From Nitrospirota bacterium (GTDB lineage: Bacteria; Nitrospirota; JACRHJ01), in contig CAWJRJ010000002.1 of NCBI GenBank assembly GCA_963845245.1, positions 1 through 64,000 on the forward strand: a stretch of 64,000 nucleotides of DNA, given 5' to 3'. Both the position numbers and the translations under genes were made by a program. Below are positions 23,594-36,251 of this stretch, piece by piece; within the stretch, counting starts at the first letter, position 1; every line of letters begins with the position of its first letter. Below the pieces are notes generated by a model that was given only the letters and a program-made list of their open reading frames with translations, made no database searches and was not told where the DNA came from.

Positions 23594-24151
23594 CTACACC
23601 TCCATGATCTCTTTTTCTTTATGCAGGAGGCCGTCGTCGATGCGCTTGATGAACTCGTCCGTCATCTTCTGCGTCTCTTCCTCGCTCTTTTTAAGCTCGT
23701 CCTCGGTGATGTTCTTGTCCTTCTCCGCCTTCTTCAGGGCCTCGTTCCCGTCGCGCCTGACGTTGCGGACGGCGACCTTGGCATCCTCCGCCATCTTCTT
23801 GCACTTCTTGACAAGCTCCTTGCGCCTGTCCTCGGTCAGAGGCTGTATGACGAGCCTGATGATCTTCCCGTCGTTGTTCGGGCGTAACGCCAATGTCTGA
23901 CTTTAGGATCGCCTTCTCGATGGGGCCGAGCATCTTGGATTCCCAGGGCTGTATGGCGATGGTGCGTGAGTCCGGGACGGAGAGCGTCGCCACCTGGTTC
24001 AGCGGGGTAGGCGTGCCGTAATAGTCCACCATCACGTCGTCTACAAGCGACATGGACGCCCTGCCGGTGCGGACGGTCGAGAACTCATGCTTCAAGGCTT
24101 CAAGCGCGCCCTTCATGCGGTCTTCGGTCTTCTTCTTTATCTCCGGTATCA

Positions 24152-24152
<1 letters not shown>
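23594..24152 (-). CDS. frr: Ribosome recycling factor (frameshift near 23881)
   Basis: [31 protein letters not shown] motifs. Confidence 0.97.
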
Positions 24153-24869
<717 letters not shown>

Positions 24870-24908
24870 GTCACCTTTCTAATATAACGCCCTCTCTGTC
24901 CCCCGAAA

Positions 24909-24935
24909 GGGCCGACACGAAGGTACGGCCCCTAC
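24909..24935 (-). repeat. GTAG-class REP-like palindrome
   Basis: Minus strand GTAG-GGGCCG-taccttcgtgt-CGGCCC in the tsf-pyrH spacer. Confidence 0.5.
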
Positions 24936-24963
24936 AAGGGGTTGGGGGAGTTATTTCAATTTA

Positions 24964-25620
<657 letters not shown>

Positions 25621-25649
25621 TACCATATCCTCCAGTATTCAATTTCTTA

Positions 25650-25685
25650 AATTGTAGGGGCGCAATAACTTGCACCCCTACAATT
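25650..25685. repeat. GTAG-class REP-like palindrome
   Basis: AATTGTAGGGGCGCAA-taac-TTGCACCCCTACAATT in the rpsB-tsf spacer. Confidence 0.55.
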
Positions 25686-25720
25686 CTTTGTTTTAAATTT
25701 GTATTACGAAACCGCCGGGC

Positions 25721-26512
25721 TTAAGATGCCGGGGCTTCCGGAGCTTCCGTGGGCATATCCGGCTTCTCGCCGGTCGCCTCTTCGGCCTGGGCGTGTGCCG
25801 CAGCCTGCTTGCCCTCGACCTTGTCCTGGCGCCTCTGCTTGCCCTCAAGCACTGCCTCGGCTATCTTCGAAGAGATAAGCCTGACCGCGCGGATAGCGTC
25901 GTCGTTGCCTGGGATTACATAGTCGATGAGGTCCGGGTCGCAGTTGGTGTCGACGATGCCGACTACCGGGATGCCAAGCCTTCTGGCCTCAAGGACGCCG
26001 ATGTGCTCCTTGCGGGGGTCAACCACGAACACTGCGCCGGGAAGGCCGGGCATGTTCTTTATGCCGCCCAGGTTCTTCTCAAGCTGGGTGCGGGTCTTCT
26101 CTAAGCCTGAGACTTCCTTCTTGGTGAGCTTCTCGTAGGTGCCGTCTTCCTTCATGCGCTCGAGCTTCTTGAGCTTCTCGATGCCCTTCTTGATCGTCTC
26201 GAAGTTGGTGAGCATGCCGCCCAGCCAACGCTGGTTTATGTAGTACTGGCCGCAGCGCTCCGACTCCTCGCTTATTGAATCCTGCGCCTGCTTCTTGGTG
26301 CCCACGAACAGGACGGGCTTGCCCTCGGCCGCCACGTCGGCGACGAAGTTGTAGGCCTCCTTGAACTTGCGGAGCGTCTTCTGCAGGTCGATTATGTAGA
26401 TGCCGTTACGCTCGCCGAAGATATACTTCTTCATCTTCGGGTTCCATCTCTTTGCCTGGTGGCCGAAATGCACGCCCGCTTCCAGGAGTTCCTTCATCGT
26501 AATTACTGCCAT
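25721..26512 (-). CDS. rpsB: 30S ribosomal protein S2
   Basis: [32 protein letters not shown] motifs. Confidence 0.99.
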   Translation of the reverse strand: MAVITMKELLEAGVHFGHQAKRWNPKMKKYIFGERNGIYIIDLQKTLRKFKEAYNFVADVAAEGKPVLFVGTKKQAQDSISEESERCGQYYINQRWLGGMLTNFETIKKGIEKLKKLERMKEDGTYEKLTKKEVSGLEKTRTQLEKNLGGIKNMPGLPGAVFVVDPRKEHIGVLEARRLGIPVVGIVDTNCDPDLIDYVIPGNDDAIRAVRLISSKIAEAVLEGKQRRQDKVEGKQAAAHAQAEEATGEKPDMPTEAPEAPAS

Positions 26513-26518
26513 TACACA

Positions 26519-26603
26519 CCTCCAACCGGTTTTTTCCGCCACCCCGTCTACTGAAGGAACCTTTGAAAAGGCACCCCCCTCAGCGTAATCGGGGTGTGTG
26601 AAT
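26519..26603 (-). ncRNA. t44-like rpsB leader RNA
   Basis: Directly upstream of rpsB; minus strand CACACACCCCG...GGGGGGTGCC...CGGGGTG...GGAGG with complementary ends, as in t44 leaders. Confidence 0.65.
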
Positions 26604-26819
26604 TTAAGGCCTTACGGCCTTTCGGGGCCCCATGCCCCTATATGATTGCCTCAGTCCCATGACCGAAACCCTGAATTAATAACATAAATGGAGGGGATTT
26701 GCAAGGGGAAACTTTGTGGATTGGGCAGGTCAGGGAAAAGAAAGCCGATGACTTGCGGAATTTGGGATTTGGTGTTATCCCTTTAATAATTAAGGTTTAG
26801 CTATTCAAAAGAGGAAGAG

Positions 26820-28004
26820 GTGGGCATGGACCAGGACCTCGAGCCGGAGCTTAACTTCGTACGCGGGGGGCCGTTCTACCGGATATTGCAAAGGGTCGGC
26901 CTCGTGCGGGGCGAGGGCCCGGACATCCCGAGGCGCATCGTTGCCTTCTTCTGCGTGACATGGCTGCCGCTACTCTTCCTGTCCGCTCTGGATGGACAAG
27001 CACTGGGGCCGTCGCCGAGGGAGTCCTTCCTGCTCGACTTCGCCACATACTCGCGTTTCTTCATATGCATGCCGCTCCTGGTACTGGCTGAGGCGATCAT
27101 TGGGCCAGAACTCACCAAGGCCGCGCTGCACTTTGCACGTTCCGGCCTGCTGGGGCCTAAGGATATGCCAGCTTTCCATGAGGCGGCGGCAAACGTTGCA
27201 AGGCGAAGGGAGTCAGTCAAGGCCGAGGTAATAATGCTCTGCCTGGCGTTTGTAGGCTCTTGGTTGGCGTACCGGGGGATGTATGCTGAACATAGCATGA
27301 CCTGGCTCCTCGACCAGAATTCGACAGGCGCGCGCTTGTCGCCTGCCGGGCTCTGGTACAACATCGTCGCCGTACCATTTCTCCAGTTCCTGTTCTACCG
27401 CTGGCTCTGGCGTCTCGCCGTCTGGACCGGGTTCCTGTGGGAGATGTCGCGCCTCGGCCTGAAGCTCATGCCGACAAACGCGGACCGGGCCGGCGGCCTG
27501 GGCTTCCTTGAGATTACACAGTACCTGTTCGGTGTCATCGGCGCGGCAGCGGGAGTCATCCTGAGCGGCGATACAGCGTTCAAGCTGGTCTATGAGGGCG
27601 CTTCACTGGCTTCGTACCAGGGCGTCTTCATAGCCTATCTGGTGGCGGCGGAGGGAATCTTCCTGGGCCCGCTCCTCGTTTTCATACCGGTAATGACGCG
27701 CACAAGAAGGACGGGGGTATTGACCTACGGCAGACTTCTAAACCGTTATAACCAGTCGTTCCACGAGAAATGGGCTGACGGCTGCGCCCCGGAAGGAGAG
27801 ACGTTCCTGGGTAGTTCCGACATCCAGTCCCTGGCAGACCTTGGCAACAGCTACGAAAGGGTGCAGGGCATGAGGACAATCCCGTTCGGAAGACAGGCCG
27901 TGCTGAAGTTGGCGGCCATCGTCTCGCTTCCGGCCATTCCAGCAATCTTGCTCGCCATGCCGTTGAAGGAGATAGTCAAGTCGGTCTTGAAAGCATTGCT
28001 GTAA
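26820..28004 (+). CDS. Conserved multi-pass membrane protein of unknown function
   Basis: 394 aa, about 7 hydrophobic segments; RGGP, DRAGGLGFL, DIQSLADLGNSY motifs. Confidence 0.8.
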   Translation: MGMDQDLEPELNFVRGGPFYRILQRVGLVRGEGPDIPRRIVAFFCVTWLPLLFLSALDGQALGPSPRESFLLDFATYSRFFICMPLLVLAEAIIGPELTKAALHFARSGLLGPKDMPAFHEAAANVARRRESVKAEVIMLCLAFVGSWLAYRGMYAEHSMTWLLDQNSTGARLSPAGLWYNIVAVPFLQFLFYRWLWRLAVWTGFLWEMSRLGLKLMPTNADRAGGLGFLEITQYLFGVIGAAAGVILSGDTAFKLVYEGASLASYQGVFIAYLVAAEGIFLGPLLVFIPVMTRTRRTGVLTYGRLLNRYNQSFHEKWADGCAPEGETFLGSSDIQSLADLGNSYERVQGMRTIPFGRQAVLKLAAIVSLPAIPAILLAMPLKEIVKSVLKALL

Positions 28005-28045
28005 GGAGAAAGGAGCAGTCATAAATCCAAAATGATATCTTTTAT

Positions 28046-28765
28046 TCAAAACCGATATTCCGGATTGTCCCTGTCAAACTCCTTGTCGGAAAGGCCGGGG
28101 TTCAGTTTCAGGTCGGTATAGGCATACGACTCAAGTAACTCGCCGTTCAGGCCGTAGACCTTCACCTTGACCGGCAGGCCGTTCTGCTCGTCAACCCAGA
28201 CGTCCAGCTTCCCGGCATAGTACCCCTTTCCGGTCATCTTCGCCGTGATGTGCCAGGCCTTCCTGCCATCGACGTTCTCCTCTCCGGCAAGCTCGACATA
28301 CGCGTCCTTGAAGCCCCTCTCAGAGGCCTTGTTTATGTCGTTCATTATAATCTCGATCAGACGCCCGATGCCGCTGTCCGTGATGGGGTGCCTGTTGCCT
28401 TTCATGGCCAGGCTGCCGGTCGGCGCCATGTTGAGCGTAATGAAGCCTATGAGCCCGCCCTCATGGCCAACGACCTTGTTGTTGTTCCTGCCCTGCACAT
28501 ACAGTGCCTCCCTGCCCTCGTGCGGTCCGGGCAGCCACTTCATGTAGACCATGAACGGCTTTTTAAACTTGTACTGTATCCTCTCCCCAGGAAGCAGTTC
28601 GCCCTTCACGCGCTCCTGCTTTATGAACGTCGCGGTATAGTCCTGCACATGGGCATAGGCCGGGGCCATACCGTTAAGGATATCAAGAGGCTCGGCCGCA
28701 ATGGCGTTACCGCACACAAGAAGAAGGGGTAAGGCCAGCAGCAATGCGTATTTCATTATCAGCAA
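28046..28765 (-). CDS. DUF1571/LolA-like periplasmic protein
   Basis: Signal peptide; DYTATFIKQERV, KPFMVYMKW, GREALYV, YAYTDLKLNPGLSDKEF. Confidence 0.8.
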   Translation of the reverse strand: MLIMKYALLLALPLLLVCGNAIAAEPLDILNGMAPAYAHVQDYTATFIKQERVKGELLPGERIQYKFKKPFMVYMKWLPGPHEGREALYVQGRNNNKVVGHEGGLIGFITLNMAPTGSLAMKGNRHPITDSGIGRLIEIIMNDINKASERGFKDAYVELAGEENVDGRKAWHITAKMTGKGYYAGKLDVWVDEQNGLPVKVKVYGLNGELLESYAYTDLKLNPGLSDKEFDRDNPEYRF

Positions 28766-28876
28766 TTATTCCTCTTTTCTGCTTTTTATGGTACTAAAAG
28801 CCGTGTTTTATAGTATATTAATAGTCTAACAGAAGATAACCAATTATAAAAGTCTGACATAATACGGAGAAAAGAA

Positions 28877-30107
28877 ATGACAAAGCCAGTAGAGATAAAA
28901 CCGGGGATATTCTGGGTCGGTGTGGCCGACTGGGGCATAAGGGACTTCCACGGATACCTGACGCCGAACGGCACGACTTATAACAACTACCTGATAATGG
29001 ACGAGCAGATAACGCTGGTGGACACGGTGAAGCACGACTTCTCGGCCGCGACCATCGAGAACATACAGTTAATCACGGACATGTCGAAGATCGCCAACAT
29101 CGTCATAAACCACATCGAGCCGGACCATGCATCGAGCCTGGACAGGATAATGGAGCTCTGCCCCGGTGTGCCTATCTATATCACGGAGAAGGGCAGGAAC
29201 GGCCTGGCCAGATACTTCGACACCTCCCGCTGGGACATACGCGTGGTGAAGACCGGCGACAAGTTGAACATCGGCAAGAAGACGCTGACGTTCATCGAGA
29301 CACCGATGCTGCACTGGCCGGACTCAATGATGACGTATCGTGGAGCAGGACAAGCTGCTCATAAGCCAGGACGCATTCGGACAGCACCTTGCCACTGCAT
29401 CGCGGTTCGACGACGAGTTCGTGAATTGCCAGTCGATGTCGGAGCTTGAGGACGCGGTGGTGGACTACTACGCCAACATCCTGATGCCGTTCGGCTCGCT
29501 CGTGAAGAAGAAGCTGGACGACATAGCGAAGATGGGCCTTGATATCGACATGATTGCGCCGGACCACGGCATCATCTGGCGCAAGGACATCGCGAAGATC
29601 CTCCAGATGTACAGGGACATGGCAAACGGTGCATCGAACCTGTCGGTCGCGATAATATACGACACGATGTGGCACAGCACCGAGCTGATGACCGAGCCGA
29701 TCATGCAGGGCGTGAAGGCTGAGGGCGTGGAATGCAAGATAATAAAGCTGCGCGCGACCCCGATGAGCGCCGCGATCAAGGAGTTCTGGAAGGCGCGCGG
29801 GACGATAATAGGCTCACCCACGCTGAACAACATACTGTTCCCGTCGGTCGCAGAGTTCCTGACCCACCTGCGCGGCCTGAGGCCGAAGGCCAGGATCATG
29901 GGCGCGTTCGGGAGCCACGGCTGGAGCGGCGGCGCGGTGCGCGAGGCATACGCCGAGTTCGAGAAGATGGGCCTTGAGACTGTAGGGCCCGGCGTGGAGG
30001 TCCAGTATAAGCCGTCCACTGCGGACAAGCAGAAATGCTTCGAGTTCGGGCGCGAGTTCGCAAGGCGTGTGAAGGAGATGCACGAGAAGGTCAACGCGAC
30101 GCTTTAA
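28877..30107 (+). CDS. fprA: FprA-type flavodiiron protein (frameshift near 29339)
   Basis: GTTYNNYLI, NHIEPDH, HWPDSM, DAFGQH, APDHG and a flavodoxin domain (GSPTLN, FGSHGWSGG). Confidence 0.93.
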
Positions 30108-30126
30108 CGGGAAATGAGGGATATAA

Positions 30127-30544
30127 TTGGCTGAGTTATCACCACATCTAAAGTCATCAAAGATCCTCAACCGCCGCGTGCACATGGCGAACGAGAGGAC
30201 ATTCCTCGCCTGGATCCGCACCAGCATAGGGATAATGGCGTTCGGGTTCGTCGTCGAGAAGTTTGCGCTTTTTATGAGAGAGTTCTCATACCTGGTCGGG
30301 AAGACAGCCGCCGTTGAAGCCCATGCGCCAGTCTTCTTCTCCCGGCTACTCATCCTTCCTGGGGGTGTTCCTTGTCGGACTCGGGGCCGTGATGGGCATG
30401 CTTGCATTCGTCAGGTACAAGAAGGTCGAGAAACAGATAGACGACGATACATATCAGCCGTCCCTGCTGCTCGACATACTGCTGACCATATCGATACTTG
30501 CCGTGGGGATATTTCTGATATTCATACTGATTCATAGTATTTGA
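30127..30544 (+). CDS. YidH/DUF202 membrane protein (frameshifted)
   Basis: ANERTFLAWIRT motif; C-terminal TM helices in the second frame. Confidence 0.85.
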
Positions 30545-30597
30545 GGTGCGAGCGGTAACGCCCTCACCACGAAGAGTATAGGGGAATATTGAAAAGA

Positions 30598-30626
30598 AAC
30601 AGCCGCCCCGACGAGGGGCGGCTGTT
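30598..30626. terminator. Bidirectional terminator between converging genes
   Basis: AAACAGCCGCCCC-gacga-GGGGCGGCTGTTT. Confidence 0.75.
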
Positions 30627-30647
30627 TAGTGTGGCTGTTAACGCGGC

Positions 30648-33099
30648 CTATTCCGCTTCGATTTGGTCTATGTAGATTGTGTTTTCTTTGGACTTGCCGT
30701 CCGAGTCAATTCCATCCTGGCCGAGCTTGAAAGCAAAATAGCCAAGATTTGATTTATCGATGTTACTCGATATAGAAACTGATATTTTTTGAAAGGTTGT
30801 CCCAAGAGTCAACGGTGCGGATACGGTATGGTCTTTATCCATACCATAGACAAAATCCACAACGTTACCGGATAAGTCTGATTTGGCGGTCACCTGTAAG
30901 GAGTCGTATTTTGAGCAATCTTTCTTTATCTCACGATAAGCGAGGTTCAAATTTGCAGTACCATAAATAGTCCCGTACAGTCCATAACTTGACAGCAACT
31001 CGTAATTACCGAATTCCTGGTCAAAAAAACCCGCATTTGCATACCTTATAGCTGGCGTTATAACCGCAGGAAAATATGCACCAGGATAAAGAATAAAATT
31101 AAGCGCCTTGACAGAAATATTATATTCCAGTTTCTGGTCTAGCTTAACACCGCCATTAGCGAAAGTACACGTAATCGGCGCAAATCCAGGTTCAGAAGAT
31201 AAAGGAAGCTGATTTCCATTTATTTGGGTCACATCTCCAGCGGCAACAAATTTCCCAGGAATCGTGCCATCGTAAATGTAGAGAATGGGCTGAAGATTGA
31301 CGTAATAATTAGTTTCGTCTCGATGATAAGTAGGAGCATATGCATAAAGCGTTAATCTGGTTATCTTGCTGCATACACCTTTTGGAATCCTTTGACCCGG
31401 CTCATTCATCCAGATAAATTTAAAATCGGAGTCATAGGCCCAACCCATATTTAACCCAAATACTGAGTTGGATGGGGAGTCATATATTTTTGTCTCTGGA
31501 GGCTCGCCGCTTGATACCAGAATTGCCATGGATTTAGAGCCTTCTTGAGAGTCGTTTGAAAGAGAGGGTGTCGATCTGTTATCTTCCGCCATCCATAAAA
31601 CTTCATCTCTCTCCCAATCATCGATTATAAAAGGCTCTTTAGCCTTAAACACCTTCCCCGCCACCGCGTCGTCCTCAAGCCCTAGCTTGCCGCGATAGAC
31701 GAGCATGTACTGCGGCTCCGTCGCGTCTGAGGGAATGGGGGAGGAGAATTTGAAGGTGTATTTGTAAGTGTCGTCCGAGGTTCCGTTACCGGTGGGGATA
31801 CTCACGCCGGTTACAGGGTCTGAGACGGAATAGGTGTACGCCGTATCTCCTGATTTCTTGTACTGGCAGCGACACAAGTAGTTTGCCGTTTGCAATGTCC
31901 TCGCCGGGAGTGGTGTTCTTCACCTTCAGGGTCATACCGTTGATAAGTTGCCTGGCTGTCGTACCCTTCGTTGTCTTCGCGTCGATGGCGTCTATCTGGC
32001 CACGGAAGAAGTATTGGAGAAGTCCGGCGGCATATCCGGTGGCTCTTGGCAAAAGCTTGTACGCATAGTCCTCGTAACAGTTATCATCGAGGAAGATTAT
32101 TTTATTATAATAAGGTTGAAGTTCGTATTTCGTGAACAAATGATACTGATAGCTTACCGCTGCCAGATGGTCTACGGTCTCTCCTCCACCTACCTTACGG
32201 TAATACTTTTGGAACATTTTTTTGGTCGGGTCTTCAGGGTAATTGGTATCATGTACCAGCATCATTTCTTCTTGAAGGCTGGATGGAGCAGGGTTCTTGT
32301 AGTCCATTGCCGAACCTTCACTGAAGAAGTTTGCATTAACATATTCGGCCAGCCCTACATCAAATCCCGTTGTAATCTCCGGATTATCGCCTGTGTATTT
32401 ATCCGTGTCCACTATTTTCGCGATAGGAATGGGGGCTTGAGGGTTTGGAGTCTCGTTTAGTATGGAATCATTAAAGCGATAATAGCTCAAAAGAAAATCC
32501 AAGAAAAATTGTGGTTCGCTCAGAGCCCGTCTATTCTCCACATATGATTCATAATTATAACCCCATATATGTGAATCATTTCTGACGTGAGCAGGCACCG
32601 AGGCGTCTTCTATCAAATGCATTACCTGTCCTACGGCGCGAAATGTATCGGCAAAATTGTTGTTTCGTTGGTCTTCATTGTTTGCTGTTAATGCGTTGTA
32701 AAAATAATCTCGTCCATTGCGCCACGAATAATTCCCAAAAATCTGGTTCTCGCTTTGCGCCCAAATAATTGAAGATTGTTTTCCCTTAAAACCGGCATCC
32801 CACCAGTCGGTTACCAACGGATCATGAAAATGGTTCATGGACCTGACATAATCAATCCCGGCTAAATCCTCAAGGACACCGCCTTCGGCGACTATTTTAT
32901 AAACCGTTTTATATTTAAATTTTGTATCAATGCCAGAAGGCATACCTACATTATTTTTTAAATAATTATCTAGAGAAATAGCATAACCGCTAGTAACAAT
33001 TGTTTCATTAATTTGACTATGTGTTCCCGTTTCCAAACCAAAACATATCTGCGTTCTTAAAAGCAAAAATGCGAGAAGTAAAATAATGGTTTTTTTCAT
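30648..33099 (-). CDS. Secreted multidomain protein with N-terminal zinc phospholipase C/S1-P1-nuclease-like domain (frameshift near 31870)
   Basis: Signal peptide; 'TH' after cleavage, NHFHDP, GQVMHLIEDASVPAH, DSH, YESY; conserved 'YFFRG' and 'YMLVYRGKLGLEDDAVAG'; jelly-roll-like C-terminus (IYIDQI). Confidence 0.7.
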
Positions 33100-33659
33100 T
33101 TTAAACCTCTGCTTTGGATGCCCAAATACTTATCCTCTTGATCTAATAAAATAATTAAATTTTTAATCTTATTAAACGGAATATCTCCATCAGGTTCGGC
33201 ATCCCTTCTTGCAGCTAATCTTAATTCTTTACTTTTTAAATTAGGCAACTCTACCACCATCCCTTCCTTGTCAAAAACCCGTCTTAAGTCACCTTTTTTT
33301 GGTGTAACTTGCCACCAAGGAAATGGCCCATAACCCGGTTTAAAAATTGTAAATTTGGGTATGCGTATTTCCCGAAAAAGGGGAATATTAATCGGTTTAT
33401 ATGCCGGAATAATAAAATAACCGTTTTTATCAGTAAGGGTTTCCTTAGCCTCTAAAAAACTCGTTAACTGACCGGCAGGGCTGGCTTTTGACTTATGCCG
33501 GACTGCCACAACTGCCGCGCCTTCTATTGGCTGCTTGGTTTCTGCATCAATTACTCTTCCCTTCCATGGCCCTCTAAAGACTTTATCCTCTTCAGCACAG
33601 GAAAGGGTCGGCAAAAGAGCAATCAGCAGTAAAAATACTATAAGAATCTGTCTATTCAT
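33096..33659 (-). CDS. Small secreted protein with carboxypeptidase-regulatory-like (transthyretin-fold) domain
   Basis: Signal peptide; GRVIDAETKQPIEGA, TDKNGYF, IFKPGY. Confidence 0.75.
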   Translation of the reverse strand: MNRQILIVFLLLIALLPTLSCAEEDKVFRGPWKGRVIDAETKQPIEGAAVVAVRHKSKASPAGQLTSFLEAKETLTDKNGYFIIPAYKPINIPLFREIRIPKFTIFKPGYGPFPWWQVTPKKGDLRRVFDKEGMVVELPNLKSKELRLAARRDAEPDGDIPFNKIKNLIILLDQEDKYLGIQSRGLK

Positions 33660-33673
33660 AATGACCTCCCAAT

Positions 33674-34921
33674 TTAAAAATTCTTAACTCTCCAAATCCC
33701 ATCTTCATCCTTTATAAATTGGACCCCATATGTTACTTCCTGCCCGTTTTCATCTATTCTAAACTCACCCAAAGCATAATTACCATTCGTTTTATATATT
33801 CTCAGGCTGGCCATATCCATCGCCATGTCCTGGAAAGCCTGTGGGGCTTTTTCAGCAAGTACGTCAAAATTTTTCCTATAGCTTTCCCTGGTCCCAAGAG
33901 AAATGAAATTAACCGCCTCGTCTACATTACCTTCGGCAAGCGCCGCCAGCATATTATCCCACTTCTTTGTCAGGTCCGGCATCTTGAAAATATTTATCAT
34001 GGCAGCCTTAAAATAAATATTTCCATCGGCATCTTTTATCGTCACGGCCGGGAAATATAGACCTTCCGTGCTATAAGTGTGCGCGATACCGCTCGTAACG
34101 CTCGCTATATCGCTCACCTGCGCATCGATAACGCCGTCGCCATCCCAGTCGAACTGGTACAAGACCTTCGCCTTGGGGATTGTGTCGTCCACCGTGAACT
34201 TTACGTCGAGCGGAGCCTGTCCGGAGGCCGGGTACGCCGAAAAATATACCGGGCTTGCTGCGGGGTTCGCAAGCGTCACCTTTATGGAATCATCCGCCGT
34301 GTTGCCCTCTTCGTCCGTCGCCTTTACGGCGATCGTGTTCTCGCCTTCGACCAGCGGGACGCCCGCGATTGCGAACGCCTTACCGCTGACCTCCGCCGGG
34401 ACGCCGTTAACGGTAACGCCCACTTCCGTGCCATCCTGCGTCTCAATCGTGCCCTTCACGAACGTCCCGTAATCGCTTATAGTGTCGCCATTTGCGGGGC
34501 TTTTTATATGCACCTCAAGGCAGTGCATTATGCCCTCGATGCGAACGGTAATCCTGGAGCCAGGCGCGCTGGCGAGCTTCACGTCAACCGTGTTGCCGTC
34601 CTTCTTTATGCCGTACACCGGCTTCTCGATGTGGACTGTGTTCTGATTGAAATCGTTCTGGCCGACAACCTGAATGCCGTTGATGGACACCGTCGCGCTC
34701 GATACCATGTTCTTGCCGTCCGCGTCCCCGTTGTCCACCATCACCTTGAAGGTTCCGTTAGGATCGCAGGCGGAGAAGACGCCGCTAAAGCTGTCCGGCC
34801 CACCGTTCACCCGCCCGAAAACCTGCGGCCCGTACACTACCTTCGGCACGGCGGCAAACGCCTGACTGCCGCAAATGAGTATCAATAAAGACCATACAGA
34901 CAAAACCGCGAGCTTTTTCAT
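33674..34921 (-). CDS. Secreted Ig-like/PKD-domain protein with NTF2-like C-terminal domain
   Basis: Signal peptide; Ig 'LVEGENTIAVKATDEEGN'; PKD 'GQAPLDVKF...WDGDG...HTYSTEGLY'; C-terminal 'W..M.AAL..G.V..A...F.KDEDGIWRV'. Confidence 0.75.
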   Translation of the reverse strand: MKKLAVLSVWSLLILICGSQAFAAVPKVVYGPQVFGRVNGGPDSFSGVFSACDPNGTFKVMVDNGDADGKNMVSSATVSINGIQVVGQNDFNQNTVHIEKPVYGIKKDGNTVDVKLASAPGSRITVRIEGIMHCLEVHIKSPANGDTISDYGTFVKGTIETQDGTEVGVTVNGVPAEVSGKAFAIAGVPLVEGENTIAVKATDEEGNTADDSIKVTLANPAASPVYFSAYPASGQAPLDVKFTVDDTIPKAKVLYQFDWDGDGVIDAQVSDIASVTSGIAHTYSTEGLYFPAVTIKDADGNIYFKAAMINIFKMPDLTKKWDNMLAALAEGNVDEAVNFISLGTRESYRKNFDVLAEKAPQAFQDMAMDMASLRIYKTNGNYALGEFRIDENGQEVTYGVQFIKDEDGIWRVKNF

Positions 34922-35274
34922 GCCGCCTCCTAAAATTATGATTATAACCGGTTGAAACTCAAAGAAATATTTAAGGTAAGACTATACATTATATTAAGCA
35001 ATAAGTATACCAACAAGTAACATTGAGGAATGAACATAAAACGTATCCCTCCACCACAGTCAGGATAAATAAAAGGGAATCGGCGGTTCAAAAAACGCAT
35101 CGAAAATAGAGGTGTTTATGCGGGAAAATTGCGGGAAATGGCCGAAAAACGCGTGAATTTGAACATGAGTTTTGGGGTTAAATATCTTTTAGAACCGGAG
35201 AGTTATGCGTACAATACTTATGGGCTGAAAAGGGAAAAAAGAGGCAAGGCATTACAAACAAAAAGAAATACCAA

Positions 35275-35290
35275 TGTTCCACGTGGAACA
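35275..35290. promoter_or_regulatory. parS centromere-like site
   Basis: Perfect 16-bp palindrome TGTTCCACGTGGAACA, matching the bacterial parS consensus; intergenic. Confidence 0.85.
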
Positions 35291-35300
35291 ATTTTTATTA

Positions 35301-36110
35301 TCAGGCCGCGACGGCGTCCCCGTTATTTTTTTTCGTTTTCTTCTGCGCATACATCAACCTGTCGGCTTCGGAAATAAGCTCATCAACGGAACAAGGTGCT
35401 TCAGGGTCATAATACGATATGCCGACGCTCAATGACAATTTGAACTTGCTGTAAGTAAACGAGTTAAAATCATCGATATTCTGTTGCAGACGCATGGTTA
35501 TATTCTTAACATCCTCCATCTCAAACCCTGCAGGCACAACCACGAACTCGTCTCCCCCTACGCGGGCGACGGTATCGGATTTACGATACGTTTTTTTGAG
35601 GATATCCGCGACGACTTGCAGCGCCTGGTCCCCCTCATGATGCCCCAGGGTATCGTTGATCTCCTTCATACCGTCAAGGTCCGCAAAAAGCAGGTAAAAC
35701 CCGGTCTTATCCCTGTCCGCCTTTCTCATCAGGTGCTCGGCAAAGGCGGTCAGGCCGCGCCTGTTATGAAGGCCCGTGAGTTCATCCGTTATAGACAGCG
35801 CTTTAAGCTTTTCCTCATTTTGCCGTATGGACCTGAAAAGCGGGCCTATCATTACTACCCCGGACAACATGAGGCACGAGGTGACAAGTCCCGCAAGTTC
35901 AAATACATAGCCTGGCTGACTAGCCCCTGGGGCAAGAACAAACTCGAACAACCCAATCACGCGTCGAATCCCCATAAACAACATGGAGATGGAAATAAAC
36001 AGCCATGACAGCCGAAAACCGGTAGTTTTTATTAGTCTTAACGAGAAAAATGCAGAAAAGAACTGAATGACGATCGAGACAGAAATAATGAGGCCTATAA
36101 TCATAGTCAC
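35301..36110 (-). CDS. Membrane-anchored diguanylate cyclase
   Basis: 3 N-terminal TM helices, TDELTGL, RKSD I-site, intact GGDEF. Confidence 0.93.
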   Translation of the reverse strand: MTMIIGLIISVSIVIQFFSAFFSLRLIKTTGFRLSWLFISISMLFMGIRRVIGLFEFVLAPGASQPGYVFELAGLVTSCLMLSGVVMIGPLFRSIRQNEEKLKALSITDELTGLHNRRGLTAFAEHLMRKADRDKTGFYLLFADLDGMKEINDTLGHHEGDQALQVVADILKKTYRKSDTVARVGGDEFVVVPAGFEMEDVKNITMRLQQNIDDFNSFTYSKFKLSLSVGISYYDPEAPCSVDELISEADRLMYAQKKTKKNNGDAVAA

Positions 36111-36251
36111 CTTATAGTGGCTTCAGCCATATACAGCCATAACATGCCTGTTGGTAAAGGGTACTACCTATGCTTTAAATATACTGTAATTATTGCGAAA
36201 AGTAAATAATGGCAGATACAGGGTATACGATAGTGCCGTTAACAAAGAAAC

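Noticed and set aside
30560..35055. CCCTC(C)ACCAC at both ends of the secreted-triad island as target duplication
   Set aside because: About 10 bp with an indel; too short to distinguish from chance.
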